Assembly: GCA_004213955.1 (NCBI GenBank)
Contig: SGZL01000003.1
Coordinates: 2,616 to 66,615, forward strand
Direction: 5' to 3'
DNA length: 64,000 bases
Source: Gammaproteobacteria bacterium
GTDB lineage: Bacteria > Pseudomonadota > Gammaproteobacteria > Magnimaribacterales > AG-339-G14
Part shown: positions 37,896-47,903 of the stretch, in pieces
How the letters are laid out: each line of letters starts with the position of its first letter
How positions within the stretch are numbered: position 1 is the stretch's first letter
Made by a program: the position numbers and the translations under genes
The notes under the pieces: model-generated
Database searches by the model: none
The model's input: only the letters and a program-made list of their open reading frames with translations
Told to the model about the DNA's origin: nothing

Positions 37896-37910
37896 ATTTA
37901 CTTTTGTCAT
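37883..37910 (-). promoter_or_regulatory. Candidate lexA promoter (-35 ATGACA, 16-nt spacer, -10 TATAAT)
   Basis: The minus strand reads ATGACA-aaagtaaattactgta-TATAAT-tacagt-ATG. The -10 lies inside the SOS box, 6 nt from the ATG. Confidence 0.45.
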
Positions 37911-37983
37911 CTTTATTAAATATTTGATATATCTAAAAACTAGTTTAAAATCATTTCAATATATCATTAGGAAATAAGTATTA

Positions 37984-38958
37984 ATGAAATTTCAACAACT
38001 TTTATATGTTAGAGAAGTAGCTAGAAGCAATTTAAATGTTTCTCAAGCTTCAAAAACTTTGTACACATCTCAACCCGGAATAAGCAAACAGATTAAACTG
38101 TTGGAAGAAGAGTTGGGTATCGAGTTGTTCGAAAGATCCGGAAAACACTTAGTAAGCATAACTCCTGTGGGACAAAAAATTCTTGAACAAATAGAAGAGA
38201 TTCTTGCTCTAGTTGACGGAATTAAGCACGCGGCAACTGAATTTTCTGACGAAGACTATGGAACCTTAGCCATTGCAACTACTCACACTCAAGCTAAATT
38301 CACATTACCTAACGTAGTTGATAAATTTGTTAAAAAATATCCAAATGTTCACTTTCAGATGCATCAGTGTACTCCTGATGAGTCTGTCGAAATGGCTTCT
38401 AAAGGAGAAGTAGATTTAGCTTTATGGACAGAAACTAATGAAAAAGGAGAAAACTTAATTAAACTTCCTTGTTACAAATGGTCCAGAAGTATAATTGTTC
38501 CAAAGAAACACCCGTTAACTAAACTACCAAAAATTAAACTTAAAGATTTAGCTCAATACCCCATAGTCACATATGTATTTGGATTTACAGGCAGTAATGA
38601 CCTCGACAGAGCTTTTTTTGAGAGAGGTTTAAAAGCAAATGTTGTTTTCACTGCAACTGATGCAGATGTCATCAAGACTTATGTGAAGATGGGTACTGGA
38701 GTAGGAATTATTGCCAGCATGGCTTTCAACCCAGAAGAAGATACAGAACTTGAGGCAATAAATGCAAACCATTTATTTGATTCAGGAACAACATATATGG
38801 GGTTCAGGCGAGGAACTTATTTAAGAAGTCACTTATTCGAGTTCATTAACATGTTTGCTCCTCATTTAACAAAAGACATTGTTGCAAAAGGCTGTGCAAC
38901 TAAATCAAAAAAAGAGTTAGATAAAATCTTTGAAAATTTTAAGCTTCTAAGAAGATAA
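37984..38958 (+). CDS. cysB: LysR-family transcriptional regulator, CysB type
   Basis: Collinear with E. coli CysB (MKFQQLLYVREV..NLNVSQASKTLYTSQPGISKQIKLLEEELG, ATTHTQAKFTLPNV, VTYVFGFTG, TATDADVIKTYV, FRRGTYLRS). Confidence 0.85.
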   Translation: MKFQQLLYVREVARSNLNVSQASKTLYTSQPGISKQIKLLEEELGIELFERSGKHLVSITPVGQKILEQIEEILALVDGIKHAATEFSDEDYGTLAIATTHTQAKFTLPNVVDKFVKKYPNVHFQMHQCTPDESVEMASKGEVDLALWTETNEKGENLIKLPCYKWSRSIIVPKKHPLTKLPKIKLKDLAQYPIVTYVFGFTGSNDLDRAFFERGLKANVVFTATDADVIKTYVKMGTGVGIIASMAFNPEEDTELEAINANHLFDSGTTYMGFRRGTYLRSHLFEFINMFAPHLTKDIVAKGCATKSKKELDKIFENFKLLRR

Positions 38959-39555
38959 ATGAAATATTTGTGCTTAGATTTTGAGGGTGTTCTCATACCT
39001 GAAATTTGGCAACACGTCGCTGAAGCAACAAGTTCTCAGGATCTAATGCTTACTACCCAGGATCTAAAAGATTACGATGAGCTAATGCAACTTAGAATGA
39101 AGGTTGTTAATGAAAAGGGAATTAAATTAAGTGATATACAAGAAATTGTTCGAACAATGAAGCCTTTTGAAGGAGCAGAAGAATTTTTAAGCTGGGCAAG
39201 ATCTAACTTTCAAGTAACAATAGTCTCTGATACTTTTTATGAATTAGCGTGGCCATTAGTAGAGAAATTGAACTTTCCTAGCATAATCTGCCATCACTTG
39301 AATATTGAACAAGATAAAATTAAAGGCTATAGATTAAGACAAAAAAATAATAAACAGAAAGTAATTGAGGCTTTAAAATCCCTAAATTATGAAGTTTTTG
39401 CCGCTGGAGACTCTTACAATGACATCAACATGCTGAATGAATCAGATTTAGGAGTTTTTTTTCAGGCTCCGGAGCATATAAAAAAAGAATATCCAAATTT
39501 ACTAACTGCAGATTCTCACGAAGATTTAAAAAAAATCTTAATAGATAAAATATAA
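38959..39555 (+). CDS. thrH: ThrH-like HAD phosphoserine phosphatase / homoserine phosphotransferase
   Basis: Collinear with Pseudomonas ThrH as I recall it (CLDFEGVLIPEIW, FQVTIVSDTFYE, YRLRQKN, AAGDSYND). Confidence 0.75.
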   Translation: MKYLCLDFEGVLIPEIWQHVAEATSSQDLMLTTQDLKDYDELMQLRMKVVNEKGIKLSDIQEIVRTMKPFEGAEEFLSWARSNFQVTIVSDTFYELAWPLVEKLNFPSIICHHLNIEQDKIKGYRLRQKNNKQKVIEALKSLNYEVFAAGDSYNDINMLNESDLGVFFQAPEHIKKEYPNLLTADSHEDLKKILIDKI

Positions 39556-39556
39556 T

Positions 39557-40420
39557 ATGGCACAAACTTTCTTCAAATTACTCCAAGAGGACAACCCCCT
39601 GAAAATTGTGGGAACAATTAATGCTTATTCTGCATTACTTGCAAAAAAGAGTGGTCATAAAGCAATTTATCTTTCTGGGGCTGGGGTAGCCAATGCAAGT
39701 TACGGCTTACCAGATCTCGCTCTGACTTCGAGAGATAACGTCTTAGAGGATCTTAGAAGAATTAAAGGAATTGTAGATCTTCCCATTTTAGTTGACTGTG
39801 ACACAGGATGGGGAAGTGGTCTAAATATTTCTAAAACTATTAAAGAGATGATTTCTGCTGGAGCAGACGCAGTACATTTGGAAGATCAGGTTTCTGAAAA
39901 ACGCTGTGGTCACAGACCAGGAAAGGAAATAGTTTCTAAAGAGGAAATGGTAGATAGAATCAAAGCCTCAAAAGATTCAGTAACTAAAAATGACTTCATG
40001 TTAATGGCAAGGACGGATGCTTTTTCTAAAGAAGGCATAAATTCCGTAATCGATAGGTCGAATGCTTTTATTGAGGCTGGAGCAGATTCAATTTTTCCAG
40101 AAGCTATTACAAGTCTGGAAGATTATCTAGAGATTTCTAAAAATGTTAATGCTCCGATTTTAGCAAACATCACTGAGTTTGGACTTACTCCAATGTTTAA
40201 GACTGATGAATTAAAAAATGCGGGCGTAAAAATGATTCTTTACCCTTTGAGTGCTTTTAGAGCGATGTCTAAAGCCGCAGAGGATGTTTATTTAGAGCTA
40301 ATAGATTCTGACAGTCTTGAAAAAAAAGTAAAAAAAATGCAATCTCGAGATGAATTATATGACGTACTGAACTATCATATGTACGAAAAAAAAATAGACG
40401 AACTATTTTCTAAGGAATAA
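39557..40420 (+). CDS. prpB: 2-methylisocitrate lyase
   Basis: ICL/PEP-mutase family. Motifs are GAGVANASYGLPD, DCDTGWG and the catalytic loop LEDQVSEKRCGHRPGK. It sits in a prpBCD context. Confidence 0.9.
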   Translation: MAQTFFKLLQEDNPLKIVGTINAYSALLAKKSGHKAIYLSGAGVANASYGLPDLALTSRDNVLEDLRRIKGIVDLPILVDCDTGWGSGLNISKTIKEMISAGADAVHLEDQVSEKRCGHRPGKEIVSKEEMVDRIKASKDSVTKNDFMLMARTDAFSKEGINSVIDRSNAFIEAGADSIFPEAITSLEDYLEISKNVNAPILANITEFGLTPMFKTDELKNAGVKMILYPLSAFRAMSKAAEDVYLELIDSDSLEKKVKKMQSRDELYDVLNYHMYEKKIDELFSKE

Positions 40421-40424
40421 TCTC

Positions 40425-41549
40425 ATGTCCGAAAAAAAATTAGAAGGTGCAGGCCTTAGGGGTCAAGTAGCCGGAAAAACATCACTCTCAACTGTTGGAA
40501 AGGCAGGAAAAGGTTTAACTTACAGAGGCTATCCCATTGAAGTCCTCTCTGAAAAAGCAAAGTTTGAAGAAGTTGCTTATCTATTAATGTATGGCGCTCT
40601 TCCAACTAATGATGAATATAAAGAGTACTCTAATAAATTAATTTCCATGCGATCTCTTCCAGATTCTATTCTAGAAGTCCTAGAAAGAATTCCTGCATCT
40701 GCTCATCCCATGGATGTTATGAGAACCGGTTGTTCCATGCTGGGGAATGTTGAACCGGAAGGTGAATTTACTAACCAACAAGAATCTGCTGATCGAATCC
40801 TTGCAACTATGGCCTCAATCATTGTCTATTGGTACAAATACTCACATGAAGGTGAAAAAGTAAAAACTTCCTCAGATTATGAAACTATCGGAGGACATTT
40901 TTTATCATTATTGCATGGCAAAGAACCCAGCGAGGATCAAATCAGATGTTTAGATACTTCTTTAATTTTATACGCCGAACATGGATTCAATGCCTCAACT
41001 TTTACGGCAAGAACATGCGCTTCTACTCTGTCTGATATTCATTCTTGCATCACTGGAGCAATAGGTACTCTCAGAGGACCGCTGCACGGTGGAGCTAATG
41101 AAGCAGCTATGGAGTTGATAGAAAAATTTTCAACAATTGAAGAAGCAAAATCTGCAGTTCTTAAAATGTTAGAAAACAAAGAAAAAATTATGGGATTCGG
41201 ACATGCGGTATACAGCACAGAAGATCCTAGAAACGCCATAATAAAAAAATGGGCTGAAAAACTTAGTAAAACAAACGGAGATGAAACTTTGTATTTAGTT
41301 TCCGAGCAAATTGAAAAAACAATGGATGAGGAAAAAAATATGTTTGCTAATACTGACTTTTTCATGGCTTCAGCATATTCTTATCTAGAAATTCCAACAA
41401 AACTTTTCACACCTTTATTTGTCATTGGTAGAACTTCTGGCTGGGCAGCAAATATTTTCGAACAAAGAGCAGATAATCGAATTATTAGGCCAAGTGAAGA
41501 ATACATAGGACCAGATTCATCTGAATGGGTCGATTTAGAAGATAGATAA
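40425..41549 (+). CDS. prpC: 2-methylcitrate synthase
   Basis: 374-aa citrate-synthase fold (GLRGQVAG, LYAEHGFNAST, GPLHGGANE, GFGHAVY) located between prpB and prpD. Confidence 0.9.
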   Translation: MSEKKLEGAGLRGQVAGKTSLSTVGKAGKGLTYRGYPIEVLSEKAKFEEVAYLLMYGALPTNDEYKEYSNKLISMRSLPDSILEVLERIPASAHPMDVMRTGCSMLGNVEPEGEFTNQQESADRILATMASIIVYWYKYSHEGEKVKTSSDYETIGGHFLSLLHGKEPSEDQIRCLDTSLILYAEHGFNASTFTARTCASTLSDIHSCITGAIGTLRGPLHGGANEAAMELIEKFSTIEEAKSAVLKMLENKEKIMGFGHAVYSTEDPRNAIIKKWAEKLSKTNGDETLYLVSEQIEKTMDEEKNMFANTDFFMASAYSYLEIPTKLFTPLFVIGRTSGWAANIFEQRADNRIIRPSEEYIGPDSSEWVDLEDR

Positions 41550-41556
41550 GAATCTT

Positions 41557-42996
41557 ATGTCCTCAACAGTAGAAACTAATGTTCGTCCTGATCCTGATGA
41601 ATTAATTCAAAAAATTGCAGACTATGTGCATGATTATAAAATCACTAATGATCAGGCAATAAGCACTGCAAAATATTGCTTAATGGACACAATTGGATGT
41701 GGTTTATTAGCTTTAACTTTTCCAGAATGTAAATCTTTACTTGGTCCGCATATAGACGGAACAGAGGTTCCAAACGGCGTTCGAGTTTTGGGAACTAATT
41801 TTAAACTCGATCCAATTAAAGCTGCTTGGGATAATGGAGCTATTATTCGATGGCTTGATTTTAATGATACTTGGCTGGCTGCAGAATGGGGCCATCCTTC
41901 AGATAATTTAGGTGGAATTTTATCTGCTTGCGATTATATTTCTCAAAATTTTCCCGAAAAGGATATATCAGTAAGAGATATCATTTTTTCTATGATCAAG
42001 GCTCATGAAATTCAAGGCGTTTTAGCATTAGAAAATAGCTTTAATAGAGTTGGTCTAGATCATGTATTGCTGGTGAAAATTGCTTCTGTTGGAGTGATTT
42101 CAGTCATTTTAGGTCTAACTAAAGATCAAACAATAGATGCTTTGTCTCAAGCATTTGTAGATGGACAGAGTTTAAGAACCTATAGGCATGCTCCAAATGC
42201 CGGCCCTCGTAAATCCTGGGCCGCTGGAGATGCTACAAGTAGAGCTATGCAACTTGTTTGGCTAACTAAAAAAGGTCAAATTGGATATCCCAGCGCTATT
42301 TCTGCTCCAACGTGGGGTTTTAAAGATGTTTTGTTTAACGGAAAAGACCTTATTCTTAACCAGGAATTCGAATCCTATGTAATGGAAAATGTTCTTTTTA
42401 AAATTTCTTTTCCTGCAGAGTTTCATGCTCAAACCGCTGTTGAAGCTGCCGTTACACTTCATAGTGAAGTAAAAAACAAATTTGATGAGATAGATAAAAT
42501 AAAAATAATTACCCATGAATCAGCAATAAGAATAATAAGCAAGGAAGGAAAATTAAATAATCCTGCCGACAGAGATCATTGTTTACAATACATGACTGCT
42601 ATTGGTCTTATTAAAGGCGATTTAGTAGCTGAGGATTATGAAGATTCTGTTGCGAATGATCCTTTGGTTGATAATCTAAGAGAAAAAATGGTCATCGAAG
42701 AAGATTTAAGTTTTTCAAAAGATTACTTAGACCCTTCAAAAAGATCTATCGCGAATTCATTACAAATATTTTACAAAGATGGCACCAGGTCGGATCTAGA
42801 GGAAGTTCATTATCCAATTGGCCATAAGAACAGAAGGGCTGAGGGTATTCCAATATTAGTTAGCAAATTTGAAAAAAATCTAAAAACCCAATTTTCTGAT
42901 GATCGAGTAAAAGATATTATGTCTCTCTTTGAAGATAACGAAAAGCTCTTCAATCTTCCTGTAAGTAAGTTTGTTGATTTCTTTGTCAAAAACTAA
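41557..42996 (+). CDS. prpD: 2-methylcitrate dehydratase
   Basis: 479 aa of the MmgE/PrpD family (DTIGCGL, WLAAEWGHPSDNLG, HYPIGH), in a prpBCD context. Confidence 0.9.
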   Translation: MSSTVETNVRPDPDELIQKIADYVHDYKITNDQAISTAKYCLMDTIGCGLLALTFPECKSLLGPHIDGTEVPNGVRVLGTNFKLDPIKAAWDNGAIIRWLDFNDTWLAAEWGHPSDNLGGILSACDYISQNFPEKDISVRDIIFSMIKAHEIQGVLALENSFNRVGLDHVLLVKIASVGVISVILGLTKDQTIDALSQAFVDGQSLRTYRHAPNAGPRKSWAAGDATSRAMQLVWLTKKGQIGYPSAISAPTWGFKDVLFNGKDLILNQEFESYVMENVLFKISFPAEFHAQTAVEAAVTLHSEVKNKFDEIDKIKIITHESAIRIISKEGKLNNPADRDHCLQYMTAIGLIKGDLVAEDYEDSVANDPLVDNLREKMVIEEDLSFSKDYLDPSKRSIANSLQIFYKDGTRSDLEEVHYPIGHKNRRAEGIPILVSKFEKNLKTQFSDDRVKDIMSLFEDNEKLFNLPVSKFVDFFVKN

Positions 42997-42997
42997 A

Positions 42998-43645
42998 CTA
43001 AAACTTTATTTTTAAAATCCTTTCTAAATCTTCCTTGGCTTGAGACTCAGATATCACCTTAATTGTTGTCATGCCCATTGCTTTCGCTGGTTTTAAATTA
43101 ATACCTAGGTCATCTAAAAAAATTATTTTTTCAGGAGGGATATCTACTTTTTCTAGAACGTAATCGTAAAAAGCCTGATCAGGTTTTCTTAAACCAATTT
43201 CTTTAGATTCGAATATGAAATCAAAAAGATTAAAAACCTCAGTTTTTTTAATTAAATCCATCATGTCTGGCTGATTGTCATTATCAGGTATGAAATTATT
43301 AGTGAGACAAGCTTGAATAAAATCCATTTTCTTAAGCGTTTTTATAATATCAACCATTCCCAATCTAAGATCGCCTTCCAATAAATCTAAAACTTTTAAT
43401 CCATTGACACCAAATCCAAGTTCAGAACTTTCTTGAAAAAAAAGATCATTAAACTCTATTTGGTTGATTTTGGATTGTTCTAAAAGAGCCCAAGCATTAT
43501 TTTGGGGGTTAGTAGAGTTAACTTTTCTAAGAAAATTTTCAGGTAGATCATTCTCTATTTCAAATTTTTTGAATGCTTCAAAAGGGCTAGATGTAATGAC
43601 ACCGCCGAAATCCCAAAAAATCGAACTATATTGGTTTAATTTCAT
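42998..43645 (-). CDS. HAD-superfamily hydrolase (subfamily IA)
   Basis: Motif I is IFWDFGGVIT and motif IV is IFLDDLGINLKPAKAMGM. Confidence 0.7.
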   Translation of the reverse strand: MKLNQYSSIFWDFGGVITSSPFEAFKKFEIENDLPENFLRKVNSTNPQNNAWALLEQSKINQIEFNDLFFQESSELGFGVNGLKVLDLLEGDLRLGMVDIIKTLKKMDFIQACLTNNFIPDNDNQPDMMDLIKKTEVFNLFDFIFESKEIGLRKPDQAFYDYVLEKVDIPPEKIIFLDDLGINLKPAKAMGMTTIKVISESQAKEDLERILKIKF

Positions 43646-43698
43646 CTACTTAAGTATATTCCTCACAAAAGCGTATAATTTGATTAGTTTATAGAGAA

Positions 43699-44799
43699 AT
43701 GTCCGGAAATAGTATTGGAAAAAGTTTTGTAGTTACAACCTTTGGCGAAAGTCATGGCCAGGCCATGGGCTGTGTTATTGACGGGTGTCCGCCCGGAATT
43801 GAAATTGATGAATCAATAATACAAATAGATCTTGATAGGAGAAAGCCTGGTTCTAATGAATATACAACTAAAAGGAAAGAAGACGATAAGGTAGAAATCT
43901 TATCCGGAGTTTTTGAAGGTAAAACCACAGGTACGCCAATTGGTTTGTTAATTAAAAATAAAGACCAAAAAAGTTCTGATTACGATAAATTAAAAGATGT
44001 TTATCGTCCTTCCCACGCTGATTATGGGTATATTCAAAAATATGGCATTAGAGACCACCGAGGAGGTGGAAGATCTTCAGCACGAGAAACAGCAATGCGA
44101 GTTGCAGCCGGCGCAATTGCAAAGAAATTTCTTAAAGATAAACTAGACGTAAATATTTTTGGTTACATCAATCAAATTGGCGAGCATAAAATCAATAGTT
44201 TCAATAAAGAAATTATCAATACAAATCCATTTTTTTGTCCTGATGAATCTTTGATTCCAACTCTTGAAAAATATATAGACCAGTTAAGAGAAGAAGGAGA
44301 TTCAATTGGTGCTTCAATTACAGTCGAAGCTTCTAACATGCCTTTAGGTTTAGGAGAGCCAGTATTTGATAAATTAGATGCTGATATTGCTCATGCTTTA
44401 ATGAGTATTAATGCAGTTAAAGCAGTAGAAATAGGTAATGGGACTGAAGTAGTAAGTCTAAAAGGTTCTATTAATAGAGATGAAATATCACCCGACGGTT
44501 TTGAATCTAACCATTCTGGAGGAATTTCAGGAGGTATTTCTACAGGTCAGAATTTATTAGCAAAGGTTGCTCTTAAACCAACTTCAAGTATTTTAGTTAA
44601 AGGTAAGTCAGTTAATAAAGAAGGAGAGTCAGTCGAGATTGTTTCCAAAGGTAGGCATGATCCTTGCGTAGGAATAAGAGCGGTTCCTATTGTTGAAGCT
44701 ATGACAGCAATAGTTCTAATTGATCATTTTTTGAGAAACCGAGCACAAAACCAAGATAAACCAGAAGAGTACAACAAGATTCCATCCGAAAAAAATTAA
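43699..44799 (+). CDS. aroC: Chorismate synthase
   Basis: Motifs are [24 protein letters not shown] and GRHDPCV. Confidence 0.95.
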   Translation: MSGNSIGKSFVVTTFGESHGQAMGCVIDGCPPGIEIDESIIQIDLDRRKPGSNEYTTKRKEDDKVEILSGVFEGKTTGTPIGLLIKNKDQKSSDYDKLKDVYRPSHADYGYIQKYGIRDHRGGGRSSARETAMRVAAGAIAKKFLKDKLDVNIFGYINQIGEHKINSFNKEIINTNPFFCPDESLIPTLEKYIDQLREEGDSIGASITVEASNMPLGLGEPVFDKLDADIAHALMSINAVKAVEIGNGTEVVSLKGSINRDEISPDGFESNHSGGISGGISTGQNLLAKVALKPTSSILVKGKSVNKEGESVEIVSKGRHDPCVGIRAVPIVEAMTAIVLIDHFLRNRAQNQDKPEEYNKIPSEKN

Positions 44800-44804
44800 A
44801 CACC

Positions 44805-46202
44805 ATGTCTCAAAACACTCTTTACGATAAAATTTGGGAAGATCACTTTGTAGTAGACAGAGAAGATGGTAGCACTCTAATGTATATTGATCGACATCTT
44901 GTACATGAGGTTACTTCTCCCCAAGCATTTGATGGTCTTCGAGAAAATAATTTAACTCCTCGCCAAATTAATACCATTATTGCAACACCTGATCATAATG
45001 TTCCTACAACTGAGCGTTCTAAAGATATAGACGGAATTCAAGATCCTATAAGTAAACTTCAAGTAGTCACTTTGAATGATAACTGTGATGAATTTGGTAT
45101 AAATCAATTCAAACTAAATGACGAAAGACAAGGAATTGTTCATGTTATTGGACCTGAACAAGGCATCACGCTTCCAGGTATGACAATTGTTTGTGGTGAT
45201 TCACATACATCTACGCATGGAGCTTTTGGTTCATTAGCTATGGGCATAGGTACTAGTGAGGTTGAACATGTTTTAGCAACCCAATGTTTAGTGTCTCAAA
45301 AACAAAAAAATATGTTGATTGAAATCGTCGGAAAACTTCAAAACGGAGTTACCGCTAAAGATATTACTATGTTCATCATAGGAAGAATTGGAACAGCTGG
45401 AGGAACAGGACACGTCATTGAATATTCAGGTGAGGCTATAGAAAATTTATCAATGGAAGGAAGAATGACTCTTTGCAATATGGCAATCGAAGCTGGGGCT
45501 AGGGCAGGTATGGTTGCTCCCGATGATAAAACTTTTGATTATGTTTCTGATAAACCCTTTGCGCCTAAAGGAAAAGACTTAGAAGAAGCTATAAATTATT
45601 GGAAAACTTTAAAATCTGATCCAAACGCAAGCTTTGATAAAATTCATACTTTCGATGCAGAAGACATTTTACCTCAAGTAACGTGGGGAACCTCGCCAGA
45701 AATGGTAACTCATATTGATGATTCAATACCTGAAATCAAAGGAAATAATAAAGCATTAATATCTGCATTAGATTACATGGGACTAAAACCCGGAACAAAA
45801 ATTAAAGATATTGAACTTGATCAAATTTTCATAGGTTCTTGCACTAATTCAAGAATTGAAGATTTACGAGCAGCTTCAAAAATTTTAGATGGAAATAAAA
45901 TTTCAAAAAATATTAAAAGAGCAATTGTGGTGCCTGGTTCAGGACTTGTAAAAAAACAAGCTGAATCCGAGGGTTTAGATGAAATCTTCAAAAGTGCTGG
46001 ATTTGAATGGAGAGACGCTGGATGCTCTATGTGTCTTGGCATGAATCCAGATCAATTAAAAGAGTTTGAAAGATGCGCTTCAACATCTAATAGAAATTTT
46101 GAGGGCAGACAAGGTTTTAAAGGGCGTACTCATTTGGTCAGTCCAATAATGGCTGCTGCTGCATCACTAGAAGGTAAGTTCATGGATGTCAGAGAGCTTT
46201 AA
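44805..46202 (+). CDS. leuC: 3-isopropylmalate dehydratase large subunit
   Basis: [33 protein letters not shown] and the GSCTNSR / CSMCLGMN Fe-S ligand motifs. Confidence 0.95.
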   Translation: MSQNTLYDKIWEDHFVVDREDGSTLMYIDRHLVHEVTSPQAFDGLRENNLTPRQINTIIATPDHNVPTTERSKDIDGIQDPISKLQVVTLNDNCDEFGINQFKLNDERQGIVHVIGPEQGITLPGMTIVCGDSHTSTHGAFGSLAMGIGTSEVEHVLATQCLVSQKQKNMLIEIVGKLQNGVTAKDITMFIIGRIGTAGGTGHVIEYSGEAIENLSMEGRMTLCNMAIEAGARAGMVAPDDKTFDYVSDKPFAPKGKDLEEAINYWKTLKSDPNASFDKIHTFDAEDILPQVTWGTSPEMVTHIDDSIPEIKGNNKALISALDYMGLKPGTKIKDIELDQIFIGSCTNSRIEDLRAASKILDGNKISKNIKRAIVVPGSGLVKKQAESEGLDEIFKSAGFEWRDAGCSMCLGMNPDQLKEFERCASTSNRNFEGRQGFKGRTHLVSPIMAAAASLEGKFMDVREL

Positions 46203-46843
46203 TGAAAAATTCTAATTTATATTCTGGAGAGTTTGCGTGCCTTGAAAAAGCCAATGTAGATACTGATCAAATTATTCCAAAACAATTCTTAAAATCTATT
46301 TCTAAGACAGGTCTTGGACCTTATTTATTTGATGCTTGGAGGTTTATAGACGAAGGTTATCTTGGAAAAAATCTCTCAGATAGAAAGATCAACCCAGACT
46401 TTATTCTAAATAAACCGCTTTATTCTCAAATTAATGTGCTTATTGCCGACGATAATTTTGGGTGTGGATCCAGTAGAGAACACGCCGTTTGGGCTCTTAA
46501 AGATTTTGGAATTAACGTAGTTATTGCATCTTCTTTTGGCGATATTTTTTTCAATAATTGTTTTAAAAATGGAGTTTTAGCGATAAAAATCTCTCAAGAA
46601 CAAATAAATGAAATCTTTTTCCAACAAAATAATAACTCTCAAAAACAAATTGAGATAGATTTAATCAATCAAAATATTAAGATTCCAAATATTAAATTGA
46701 TTGATTTTGAGATAGATGATTTTAGAAAAAATTGTTTGCTTGAAGGATTAGACGATATTGGGTTTAGTTTGAAATATGAAACAGAAATATCAAATTATGA
46801 AAACAAACTTAAACAGTCAAGACCATGGGTATTAAATGAGTAA
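46202..46843 (+). CDS. leuD: 3-isopropylmalate dehydratase small subunit
   Basis: DTDQIIPKQFLK and NFGCGSSREHAVWAL. It lies between leuC and leuB. Confidence 0.9.
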   Translation: MKNSNLYSGEFACLEKANVDTDQIIPKQFLKSISKTGLGPYLFDAWRFIDEGYLGKNLSDRKINPDFILNKPLYSQINVLIADDNFGCGSSREHAVWALKDFGINVVIASSFGDIFFNNCFKNGVLAIKISQEQINEIFFQQNNNSQKQIEIDLINQNIKIPNIKLIDFEIDDFRKNCLLEGLDDIGFSLKYETEISNYENKLKQSRPWVLNE

Positions 46844-47903
46844 ATCAAAACAAATCCTTTTTCTTCCTGGAGATGGCATTGGCCCAGAAGTTAGTGATGA
46901 AGCTGAAAAAGTTTTACTCTATGTCGCACAAAAATATGACTTTGACATTGAAGTAACTAAACGTCTTATTGGAGGAATTGCGATAGATGAAGAGGGCTCA
47001 CCAATATCAGACTCTACAATTGAAGTAGCTAAAGAATCAGATTCAGTTTTTTTAGGCGGTGTTGGAGGTCCAAAATGGGATAGTTTAGAACCGGCAAAAA
47101 AACCAGAAAAAGGTTTATTAAAAATAAGATCTGAACTTGACCTATTTGCAAATTTAAGACCATCAATGGCTTTTCCTGGCCTTGAAGATGCCTCTTCATT
47201 GAAAAGAGATGTTATAGAAGGATTAGACATACTTATTGTAAGGGAATTGACGGGTGGTATTTATTTTGGAACCCCAAGAGAAATAAAAACTGATTCTGCT
47301 TTCAATACTATGATTTATTCAACTTCTGAAGTGGAACGAATTGCCGAAGTAGCTTTTAAAAGTGCCATGAAAAGAGATAAAAAATTGTGCTCTGTTGATA
47401 AAGCAAATGTCTTAGAAGTTTCAGAATTTTGGAGAAGTGTTGTCAACAAAATTTCTAAAAAATATCCTGAGGTTATTTTGGAACATATGTTGGTAGATAA
47501 TGCAGCGATGCAGTTAGTTCAAAATCCAAAACAGTTTGATGTAATTTTATCTTCTAATCTTTTTGGGGACATTCTCTCAGACATTAGTTCAATTTTATCT
47601 GGTTCGATAGGTATGCTTCCTTCGGCTTCTCTAGATTTGAATTCTAAGGGATTATTTGAACCGGTTCATGGAACAGCTCCAGATATTGCTGGCAAGTCTA
47701 TTGCGAACCCTTTGGCTAGTATCCTGTCTATTGCAATGATGTTTAAATATACTTTTGCAAACGAAACAATTTCCTTAGCTATTGCAAAAGCAGTTGAAGG
47801 AGTCTTAAAAGAAGGATTTGCTACACGTGATATAGCAAACGAAAAATCAAAATTGGTGTCTACCTCAGAAATGGGAGATTTAGTAATTGAAAAACTTAAA
47901 TAA
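46836..47903 (+). CDS. leuB: 3-isopropylmalate dehydrogenase
   Basis: Motifs are LPGDGIGPEV, LLKIRSELDLFANLRP, NLFGDILSD and HGTAPDIAG. Confidence 0.95.
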   Translation: MSKSKQILFLPGDGIGPEVSDEAEKVLLYVAQKYDFDIEVTKRLIGGIAIDEEGSPISDSTIEVAKESDSVFLGGVGGPKWDSLEPAKKPEKGLLKIRSELDLFANLRPSMAFPGLEDASSLKRDVIEGLDILIVRELTGGIYFGTPREIKTDSAFNTMIYSTSEVERIAEVAFKSAMKRDKKLCSVDKANVLEVSEFWRSVVNKISKKYPEVILEHMLVDNAAMQLVQNPKQFDVILSSNLFGDILSDISSILSGSIGMLPSASLDLNSKGLFEPVHGTAPDIAGKSIANPLASILSIAMMFKYTFANETISLAIAKAVEGVLKEGFATRDIANEKSKLVSTSEMGDLVIEKLK

